Positions 12,737 through 23,200 of a stretch of DNA of 64,000 nucleotides are shown here, in pieces. The notes beneath the pieces were generated by a model that made no database searches, was not told where the DNA came from, and saw only the letters and a program-made list of their open reading frames with translations. The stretch covers positions 3,628,211-3,692,210 of the forward strand of contig OZ316897.1 in NCBI GenBank assembly GCA_973895155.1, read 5' to 3'. This DNA comes from Marsupella aquatica. Lineage: Eukaryota > Plantae > Marchantiophyta. Both the position numbers and the translations under genes were made by a program. The stretch's first letter is position 1; each line of letters begins with the position of its first letter.

Positions 12737-13120
12737 ATGCCACCAATGGCGACTAAGAACAGCTCCGCGACAAAGAGAGAACATCAAGAAACCAAAGCAA
12801 AATCTGGCAGCGTCTCCGCCAATGATAACTTTAAGGCCGCAAAGCTCGACGAACTGCAAGAAAAGCTAAACAGACTACAAAGCATGCTTGAGGGTCTAGA
12901 GGAGGAAATGATCGAGAGGTCGAGAGAGGACGCAGGGGTTGCTGCAAACATGGATCCGGTTTGTAACTCTTGCCTCGTCCGAAAGAAGGGTGCAGCATTG
13001 GTTCCATGTGGCCACACGTTCTGCTGGAAATGTACCTCCGAACTGCGCAGGGGCAAAGGTCCTTGCCCTTCTTGCAACAATAACTTCTGGAATGCGCTCA
13101 GCATCAATGAGGTTCCTTAG
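12737..13120 (+). CDS. Small intronless coiled-coil plus C-terminal RING-HC (C3HC4) protein, putative E3 ubiquitin ligase
   Basis: The first in-frame ATG is at 12737. A heptad-rich segment (KLDELQEKLNRLQSMLEGLEEEM) precedes CNSC-x11-CGHTFCWKC-x10-CPSC, which carries the plant-type 'RKKGAAxxPCGHTFC' signature. Confidence 0.8.
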   Translation: MPPMATKNSSATKREHQETKAKSGSVSANDNFKAAKLDELQEKLNRLQSMLEGLEEEMIERSREDAGVAANMDPVCNSCLVRKKGAALVPCGHTFCWKCTSELRRGKGPCPSCNNNFWNALSINEVP

Positions 13121-13350
13121 ATCATTGGATTCCATCTACATTAAGCGGTGTTGGAGTGGTCACATCTATCTCCTTGCTGCAGCAATTGCATTGCAACAAA
13201 AAGGGTCCTTGCCGTTCTTGCAAGAATAACTTCTGGAATCTACTCAGCGTCATTGAGGTTCCTTAGGACTCTTTTAGATTGGATTCAATTGACAATTAAG
13301 CGGACTTGGAATCCTCACACCTATCTCCCTGCTGCAACAATTGCATGCAA
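13056..13350 (+). repeat. Tandem duplication (~145 bp) of the RING gene's last codons and 3' UTR
   Basis: GGTCCTTGCC.TTCTTGCAA.AATAACTTCTGGAAT...TCAGC.TCA.TGAGGTTCCTTAG...ATTAAGCGG..TTGGA....TCACA.CTATCTCC.TGCTGCA.CAATTGCAT occurs twice. Confidence 0.85.
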
Positions 13351-13714
13351 ATTGGTCACGGTGGCTCAAAGGATGAGGGTCTTACAAGGTGACTTCATCT
13401 CTCAAAGGTCCAGTAGTAAAGATAATCGAGGATGATCTCACAGAATGGTCCAGTGACTAGAGTTTGTTGAGGATGCATTGTGCTTGCAGTCCAACTCATG
13501 GTAGGTTGAATGGCATGCCATCTTGGAAAGTGCGGCATCATATTAGATCACAAAATACTATGAGCAATTTCCCACTGATCTACAATTCGACGAATGAAGA
13601 ACCAAACTGTTGTGAGCTTTGCACAGATTTAGAACCATGTCAATAGAATGCTCACAATTCTGCCCATTACAAAGTCGTGCACAGGGACTTATCAATATGC
13701 ACGACTGATTGCAG

Positions 13715-13731
13715 ACACACACACACACACA
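13715..13731. repeat. (AC)n microsatellite
   Basis: ACACACACACACACACA. Confidence 0.9.
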
Positions 13732-15669
13732 GAAAAATGACCAAAATGAGAAATTGAGAACCAAATCTGGCTTCACGAAAGAGGAAGTGGGACCACCACT
13801 TCACTTCAAACGTTGATCGTAAAGTCCACATTGCACGTCGATGGCATTCTGCGCTTACCGTAGAACAAACTATTGCTATGAATATCATCTGTGCGTCTGT
13901 TGAATCAAGTATCGACATTATTGGTGAAGGACACTTTTTTTAATGAAATCACTGAACTGGTCTGTCTGAACTCGCAGAACCCGATGAAAGAGAGAAATCA
14001 AACAAAGAAGTAGGGGAAGGTGACCCTAGACTGACTAAAACTCTCCTCAAACATCTAGCATTGAATCGTATTTGCAGACCAAACGTTGCAGACCAAACCG
14101 CCGAGTAGAATGAAGACTCCTAATTTAATAATCTACTGAATGCAGCTTGGTCTACGTTCAGGATCAGGAAAGATCCTCCAGACAAGCCAAGAGAACCGAT
14201 CCACTTTAGTTTATCTTCTAAGAATCGTTGCACTGCCGGCTGGAAATATACTCACTAATTTTTCGCAGAATTTTGAAGTCTCTGTAGACAAGATTCCATT
14301 TTAGAGACCTCGATCGTCTCGGGCGGTCCGAAGACGAGATAATCAAGCCTCATCACACCAACTCCGAGAACCATTGTACTGTCTTGTCTCCCTACTAAGT
14401 TCCTCGACATTCCTTGCCCTTTGAGGCAGGCTGGTCTTGGTCGAAGAAAGGGCTCAAGGCGACGGCATCTCTGATCCAGTGCTAAGGAAAGCGTCCGAAA
14501 TGTAAGGAGTTAATCGTTGATCCCCTGCCGCAGCTCTGGACTGCGATCTCAGAATGCACACTAATAGGTATTTTCCAATACACACATTACTCAGAAGGTT
14601 CAAAGGCCGAGCGCCGGAGAAAATCGAAGTTAACAGGAAACAAGCAATCAAGTTCAGCCTTCCACCTTCTCCAGATCTGCTTCATTCAAAGACATTGCTA
14701 AAAGCATTGTACGGTACATGCGAAGGCTCCTGTAAAATATTTTTTCTTTGCGGCACTCGTCCTGTGTTGCTATCCACTTGGAACCGAATGTCAATCTACT
14801 ATTTGAATCATCACCAAATCTTCGAGGCGCACGATGTTCACATTCACGGATATCTCGTGACGAGAGCTCCACTACAAGACAGACTTGGATTCCTCTCAAC
14901 TTACGTTCCCAGTACTCCTGTTGCTTTGATGACTCCATACTTGTGCTCGCTTCCTGCGAAGGCGATCCAGCACCTGCAGTTGCTTCCATTATTCTTGACT
15001 CGTTCAGTGAGAACCCTCGGACTCATTTCACTACTCTGCTTTGAGCTGCTGATGACACTTGGTTTGTCTGAACGAGATATCACCTGTGAAGTCTCCTCAA
15101 GTGACCTGTTTTAATTGAAATGAAGAGCAGAGAGCATATACATCGTCAGCCTCACGATCACTCAAAACCACAGGAGCATGCAATCTCCAGACACATAGTG
15201 GTGTCCCGCACGAGAAAAACTTGAGGTGGTCTCTACGCATTTCTAGATGAAATAGCTAATCATTATTCACAGCTTTTGGCATGTAGTAGAATCAGAGTTG
15301 GCCATGAGAACGTTTTCTGCAAGAAGTGGTATAGTTGTAGGTGACCACAGATACTGACCTAGTTGTCTTCTTCTGAGATGCTTGCAGTTTGACTCCAGAA
15401 GTGAGCGGCCACGGAATTCATGTGGTTCTTCGAGAGAATTTAAGCTACAGCTTGTAACGCAACGTCAGTGGCCAGACTGGAGAACTGGAGTCGCAATAGG
15501 CTTACCAGAACACAGGCAATTGGCCGAGTCTCTACTCCACTTTAGCGGGTTCAGGTACCGATGCCAACAAATTTATCACTGCTCTTCACCTGAATATTCG
15601 GCTTGTCCATTGTATTGCATCGTTTTGGTTTTTTGTTGCTCAAGAAAAATTCCATTCATGCCAAAGTTT

Positions 15670-16626
15670 TCACTGATGGAGTTGATTCAGTATCCATTGT
15701 ACTCCATCCACGATTACTTCTGGTTGAGTCAACTGGACATCATGCCCACTTTTTCCAGCGACAATGAGTTGGCTTCTGCCCGAGAGAGTCAAAGCTTCGG
15801 ACTGCAGCATGCGATCTTTCTCCGTCCAAGTTCGAAGGATTTCGCGGAAGGTAGCCCGCTCCTCCTCAGTACCATTTCCGGCCTCCACACCCGCCCTGTA
15901 GACCTTCTCAAAATCGCATTCATTTCGCCCCATTACGACACATACAGGTCGATAGCCCAGCAAAGGTGGATCTCTGTGCAACTGATGCTTCAATGCCAGC
16001 ACCGGGAAGCTTGCAGCGTATTCTGCCTTCTCTAATTCTGCCTGTGCCTTATGCTTCGGACCATTCTCATCTTCTTCGTATGCCTGCCACTCCTCGTCAG
16101 TCAGCTTGCGGTTCTGTCTTACTCCAGTCACTTCCCAAAGGTCAAGGTCCTTTGCCACGGCGCAGAGGGAAGGATCTCGCCAATCGAGAACCTCGAGTGT
16201 ACGCTCTTGGTTTGCATCGACGAACACCATTCCCACAACGTCATCCGACCGTCTCGCGAAGAATTCGCGGCTAAGAACACCACCCCATGAATGCGCCACA
16301 ATAACATACGGAGGTGGTATATCGGCGTTCTTGAGAAGCAGATCGAGCTCAGCCGCGATCGTTGTAGAGGTCGGCTTTTCGGGGGATGTTTCACTTCGCC
16401 CGTAGCCGGATCGATCGTAGTGATAAACCCGAATCGAAGACTTGAGCAAGCGTACAACCGCAGCCCAACCCTTCCTGCTGCAGGCCAAGCCTTGAACGAT
16501 AATCACAACTGGATCGCCTCGATTGCGGGCAGGCCCCGATGAGTACAACGCAAGCCGGTGACTGTCGACGGACACCATCCCACTTGTCTCGCCCGAAGCC
16601 CAATCGATCGGCGAATCGGCCGCCAT
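15670..16626 (-). CDS. Intronless alpha/beta-fold hydrolase, 318 aa (Abhydrolase_1/6 type)
   Basis: Intact ATG-to-stop ORF with oxyanion region IVQGL, YDRSGYGRS, nucleophile elbow AHSWGG, VGMVFVDA and catalytic His in SGHDV. Confidence 0.92.
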   Translation of the reverse strand: MAADSPIDWASGETSGMVSVDSHRLALYSSGPARNRGDPVVIIVQGLACSRKGWAAVVRLLKSSIRVYHYDRSGYGRSETSPEKPTSTTIAAELDLLLKNADIPPPYVIVAHSWGGVLSREFFARRSDDVVGMVFVDANQERTLEVLDWRDPSLCAVAKDLDLWEVTGVRQNRKLTDEEWQAYEEDENGPKHKAQAELEKAEYAASFPVLALKHQLHRDPPLLGYRPVCVVMGRNECDFEKVYRAGVEAGNGTEEERATFREILRTWTEKDRMLQSEALTLSGRSQLIVAGKSGHDVQLTQPEVIVDGVQWILNQLHQ

Positions 16627-18726
16627 CGGAGCTCAATCTGGCGCTGAATGCAGAATGATGTAGAAGAGGTCGAGCAATCAAATCTGGTGCTGTTTTCTGA
16701 GTAGCGCGATGGCCTTCGACGAGAGGTAGGCAGCATCAGGGAATTCGCGCTACGAATTTTCCATCGTCAGCTTCACAGCAATGCCGTGTGACGTACCTCC
16801 ATTACAATCTGTAGCTCGCTCAGTTTTTGTTCATTTGGCCGTAAAAATTCCAAACGACGAGCCTTTTCACAATATCGGCTCCCGCTTTCCCACAAGATGC
16901 TGTTCTTTCACGAAAGCTTGCCATTTCCTTTACTTCCTTGTTCTTTCTAGTGTCAAAGGGACACCCTGAAGTGGAAAGCTCGAATGGACACCAATGACAT
17001 GTTTAAGTCTTATACACCTATCTATCGATTCTATATCGATAGAAAGGCAAAATTAACCCATTTTGCTTTCTTCTAAAGTCTCATAATCATACTCTATATG
17101 CAAAAATTCAAAAGTTTTGTCATGCCCCAAAAGATTCTCATTCCAACATGTGTACTTTAATAGAAGAAAAAGGCACACTTTAGGTGATGTCACATAAGAA
17201 TCAAAAAGTCACTGATGTCACATAAGAATCATGATTGACACTCCTGGGTCAATCAATCCAAGAGTACACAAAAATATTAAAATAAATATGATTGTTGAGG
17301 TTGGTTCCTCCATTTCCCATTTTGTAAGGAGACTAAAGAACTTTTTGACTACATGGCATATTATAGAAGTAGAGATATAGAGAGAACTGCACAGGAACTC
17401 ACAGGCCAAAAACCTGATAAAAGGGGAAAACAAAAGAAAAAGGGGGAAAACCCAAGGGCTTGAAGAGCAAAAGATCTACAGTAAAGTCCAACCATCTCCC
17501 CCCTAACACAACACCCTGGCCTTGTATTCAAATAGTGGGCCACAGGTAGCTCTATTAGAATAGTGCTCCCTGGGCAATGTATTTGAGTTTTGACTATGTG
17601 TTTTCATGTTTTGTATTTGCAGAGCATTGTGTTGGGGGAAAATGATAGTGAGCCAAAACCTGAAATCCCTGGTAGAACTTTGGGGTGAACTGCATAGCAT
17701 CGTCATGCTTTAAGTATCTGTTGTGATTCTTTTGAAAACCTTTGGAAAATATTTCAATGTTTATCTGGTCACCAAATAAGATATTTTTACTATTTGTTGT
17801 GCTTCACTTGGAAATTTGTGGTTGCATTTATTGGTATGCCAAAATCTATTTGTGGCCGCCAAATTTGATGCCTTTAGAATCTCTTGTGCTTCTTTTGAAA
17901 CCTTGAAAAGAAAATTACATCAAACTGGTTCCCAAAAAAGATTGCATGCACATATCAATGGCTCCTTTAGGCATGTGGTGCCACCAATCATACCTGGTTG
18001 AGAAAGTTGGATATGTTCTATTTGAATTTTTTTGGTAAAAACATGCACTAAAACAATCACTACCATTATGGATAGGTCTAATTGCAAAAAACTTCTTATG
18101 TTTCTACTAGCCAATGTCTATTCAATTCACAATGTTGATAGTGCCCCCATGCATTGCACAATATTGTTGATAGTAAGGATGTTGAATGGAAGTGTTGCCA
18201 AGCATCAGTGAGATGGCCAGGCAATCAGACATTGTCAAGAGTTAGCAAGTCAGCCTGGCAAGTGAATTTCAAATAGTGTGCAATGCAAGTTGGGAAGAGG
18301 AAAACAGCAGCACCTTTAGGTCCATCTCATTATTAGGAAAAAATGCCTCCACAAATCCAACACCCAGGGAAGCTTCCTATCATAATGACATTATGTAAAC
18401 AGACCTTGAGAATGAGTTGATGTTGAGTGAGAGTGATGCCCAGCATAAGTTGTGAAATATTCTGGTCACAGAAAGTGTTTCATTGCAAAAACTGTTGTGG
18501 AATGTCACTGATGCACAAAGAATGTGTTGGTCAATTAATACAAAGGGCAACCAAGTCCAGCACAGGGGCAGATAGCCCTAGGGAGCCCTGACTTATAAAG
18601 TTCATGTGGGGAGAACTAATGTGCAAAGAGGGTTGTGCAATGGAGGTGAGTGGAGAGGAAGAGGAAGCCATGCTGAATTTGTTTTCAATTTGTTGCGCAA
18701 ACTGTATGCCAAAGTTCCCTTTTACT

Positions 18727-19014
18727 AGGGCGTCTCAAATACGCCCATTTTCTGCTTTGACTGAGCCCGGGCGTGTTGTGGTTCAAGACAACAATCCTGA
18801 CTGGTCGGGCACCAATTGCGAGGCCCGACCAGTCACGCCCAGGACCTTAAGTGGCCCCAATTTCACAGTAAACACAATAGAATTCAATGTGTGGCAAGGC
18901 CACCCATTTTTCCGTACCCCAAAAAATAATTGCCCGGTTGTACCTTGTTGCAGTGCTCCCGACTGCCTCGCCGGCCTCCTGAGTTGCTTGTTTTTTTAAT
19001 ATATGAGACGCCCT
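18727..19014. mobile_element. MITE, 288 bp, AGGGCGTCTCA termini
   Basis: Inverted termini AGGGCGTCTCA and TGAGACGCCCT, flanked by the direct 3-bp repeat ACT. Confidence 0.75.
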
Positions 19015-20203
19015 ACTGGAGCGAAAGGAAATTCACCACATCAGCCTACAATCTGTGGCTCAAAAGGATGGCATCTCCAAGATGTATGGCTGGAATTTCT
19101 TGGCTCCAATATAAATTAACTTGTTAACAAGTATGATCACAATTGGCTAAAATCTGGATTATTTTTGGTGCTGCAATTTTGTCTTCCCATCTCAAGCTCA
19201 AATGAAAGATCTAGTCAGGATCTGGGAAACCTTCAATACTTCTTAAAGTATTTTTTTTTTAAATCCAGATGCTTCTCCTCCACTCTCAAAGTTGACGCCC
19301 AGATGGACCTCCATGTTTGCCAGAATACTCAGATGGACTTCCACAAAAGGGATGGACTGCAGCCAAATCATTTTTACGCATGTTGAGATGAAACATATTA
19401 CACCGGAGAGCAAAACAACACTGAAAACAAGACAGTTGTCTTTGGAAATTTGAAGCTCTTTCAATTCTGAATGAAAGTTATCTTTATTAGACTCATTAAA
19501 CTAGTCTTTCCAGCCGCTTCAAATGAATCCAAAATAATAGATTCCCAAGCACATCAAGGGAGAAATTGAAGGTCAAACTTTGCTAATCAAAAACTTTAGG
19601 AAGAGTGAGAGTGACAGTGTAAAGGGTGTAACAGTCCATGTCATTGTAAGGTTCACAAGATCAGTCCACAAGGCTTTGTGACTTAGTAGGTGCCAGAAAG
19701 CAAATGGGAAGGGGACAACGACAAGAGTATTCTTTCCCCTACTCTTTGCCTTGTACTAGGGTTTGTTTTAATTTGCCCTCCCTCAATTCATTAGGTCTCA
19801 TTGGCCCTCTCTGTAGGAATACCAGCAAATATGATGCTATTTTGTCTTCTAGTGAATTTAAAGGGAGGATAGTAAATCAACGAAATAGCTATCTTATGGC
19901 GGGAATTCTGCAAAGAAAGAACAACAAGAAGAGCACTTAACAAGAAACAAGCACTCCACTCACCCATCAAACAATGGCATGGATTCCCAGCGTGGACATT
20001 CAGTGGTCAATGGCAAGTCCGTGAATTACAATAGTCCAAGAGCTCATAACATGCCCATGATAAGCAGATACAAGAAATCTAAGATACCAAAATTGGACCC
20101 CGAAAGCTACAATTCTTGGCAAGAGTATTAACATTCAACCACATCGAAAGGAGACATTCAAGCTGATCAATCACCCGTAATTTTTATCCTGAGGTTGGCC
20201 ATC

Positions 20204-23200
20204 ATGTCTTCGTTTGCTATGGCTGGAAGAGCACCAAGGGCACGCTACTATGCAGGAGCCAACTCTCTTGCCATCTTCAGTGCTCAGGTGACCACAATCT
20301 TCAGCTGACTTGACTACTTAGGTCTCTTCTCAATTAAACAGAACTCCATGGATAGAGTTCTAGAGATCAGATGGATTTGTGATTAATTTAATGTGCACGA
20401 CTGTGAAACGACCATCGTGAAGGATATCACATCAAATTTTGTGTACCCAATTAGAAAGTTCCAATCTCCAGATCAGACTGTGATAGAAATCAAGATGTGG
20501 GGTTCTTGAAAAAAGACGTACTAAGAGATGGGCTACAAAAAGTGAGATTTTCTTAAGATGGCAGGAGTAAGGAGAGGAAACTTAGTAAGGACTTCTTATC
20601 CTACACTGCGATTGATGTGTCTGAATGACAAGATTTGAAGTACAAATGGTTATCACAAGCCTGGATTCATGAGCAATGAACCTCAGCATGAAAGAGACCC
20701 TTAGCTTTTAGATTTTTAAGAAATAGTGTGAAACTTGTTACTAAATAAAATTGAAGCACTAGTAAATTCACTTAACTGGAGAATTGCATGAAAAACAACA
20801 TTTGGTTGAATGGGGAGAAAATATCAATTAATATCCTTTTCCTTCAATTTGTTAGCGAGTAGAGGATGAGAGATTGGTCTACTAGGTGTTGAGTGATATT
20901 TGCGGGAAAGAGCACATGTTGCAACATAGAGTGAAGGCAAGAACCTAAAGTTTCCAGGAGTTTGCCTTTCCTTGGAACGAACAAACAAAAGTTTGCAATA
21001 GCTCTAGGTTGGGAGGTGGGGAGAATTAAAAACCCCAGGTGCCAGAAAAAATGCGTTAAAGTTGCTTCTTGTTTGCTCAGGGCAGCAATCCCTTGCAAGA
21101 CTGCAAAGTATATGGCAAAGGAGTTACAAAGGTCAGTTCTCTAACTGTGTATTTTTTTTGACATGTCAATTCCTGTATGCACACAAAGCTTAAAATTTTG
21201 AAGTCCTTTTAGTTTATGCTAAAGAGGGTGTTGAAGTTAGAATCTAGACAGATACAAACGCCACATATATAATGTATGTCTGATGAGATACAATTTCACT
21301 TGTTAATGCTATGCGCAGGTCTATGATAGATCTGTCAAGGGATACGTGTATAGTCTGACTGGTGGGCTTCAGTCGAAGCTCCAATTGCCAAAAGATGATA
21401 GTAAGCTAGGTGAGATAATCATCTTTACAGGGTCTTTACATGAGATATATAGGACCTTTACAAAATGTCTCTATGAAAATTTATTGTTGAAGGACTGTTA
21501 AGCCCAACATTTTGCTGATAATTGAGGGCTAAATGGTTTCAATCTTCCGAGTAAGCAAACCCCACTCAGAGGTTTTGTTCTTGTCTTGTTTGAGAGTGAT
21601 GTATATAATCTTGAACCAGAGTTGTATCTACTAAATTGACCTAGGTTTGATCTATTAAAGTAACCTAGGGTTGATGACATGCAGGACTTCAATTGTTGCA
21701 TCCCTTCTTGGTGCTACAAGTGTTCGTGCCCAAAGGTGTGCATTTTTCCATTGAGCTGAGGTAACTTGAGTCCTTTCATTTGTACATTGTACTTTTGTGG
21801 GTAGAACTTGCCTGATCACTAAATATCCACATTTGGCACCAGTGGATTTTTCCAAGTAATTCCAGTTTAGCCTCAATCATTGCCTTCATTGTTCACCTTG
21901 TTGACCATTTTGGGGTTGCAGAGTTAGCGACATTAATAATACACGCCGGAAAATGTACTTCTCAACATCTTTTAGCGACATAAAGAGCACCCCTCTCCAT
22001 TGTCAGATACCAATTTCTATGGTGAGTAATTAGCCTCAATTCTCCCAGTTAAATTGAAATTCTTGCCAAGGGATATTATTCCTCTGCAAAGGGGAAGATG
22101 GAATAAGTTGATACATTTCCAGGTCCCTAGATGGTAAGCCTGAACTGGCGCTTTAAATAATTGGACTATGCATTAGAACATCCACACCAGTGCTCGCCAT
22201 CTGGCACTAGGTCCACATAATACTAGATTTTCAGGACTGGATCTGCAATTTTCTTTGCCATAGACTTTTAAACCGCTGCCAAAACCAAATGTAGACTGCC
22301 AAATGCTCTTTTGATTGTCGCCAAATGAAGTCAATTCCCGGCTATCCCAAAAGGGATCCATGTCTGGAGTTGAGCCACATTTTGCATCTAAACTATTTCT
22401 GACTAATGCACTTGACAGTCTGCACTAGTACAAAGAAATTCTACCACTTGGAGAGCCAAACGTACCCAGTCAAACCCCACATCTTATTATATGAGCACAA
22501 AAGGAATCCAAAGTAAGGGCTATGGCTAGAGTGAAACCTCTGTGCATGCCATGACTCTCGGGCAGAAACCTACTATCAGCTAGGGGTAGGAAATGAAAAT
22601 TACATATTTTTTCCCACCAAATATTGACATATATCCAAAGGACGGGCATAGGACTAGTAGTGCCAGATATCGACTACATCCCTGCAAACTGGTGCAGAGT
22701 GCTCTAAGTTACATTGACCTGTCTTGTTATTGACGCACCCATAGCTCAAACATATATTCCCATAGCTCAAACATATATTCAAGCTCGAAGTAATTTCACA
22801 ATTCTACATAGTAACATTGTGGTTTATTGACTGGCAAATAAGTGCAGGTTGTAAGAAATAAATGGCTCAGTCTTGCATTCCATGTTGCAGACTTGTTCAA
22901 CAGTTGCTTCCATGGCGGTGGGGGCATGAGTTTCCGGTGAGGTGAATTCCCAAATAGATGCAAGTAACTCAAGTGTTGTTATTTGACAGTGTGTCTTTTT
23001 CCACTTGGCTCAAAGCTCAGTCCTTATTGTTGTCAATTTACTAATGAAGTCAGTAATACTTTTCATCTTAGTTAGTGGACCCACACTCAACGCACATAGC
23101 ATATATAAAATTGTGGTATTCAGTTTGATGGCTGGACTTTCTGAAGACATCATAATCTTTCTATTTTCAAGTACCTTCTAGCTTTGAATCTTTGTAATAA

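Noticed and set aside
12737-13120. Viral or foreign origin of the intronless RING gene
   Set aside because: The RKKGAAxxPCGHTFC signature matches a native plant RING-HC subfamily.
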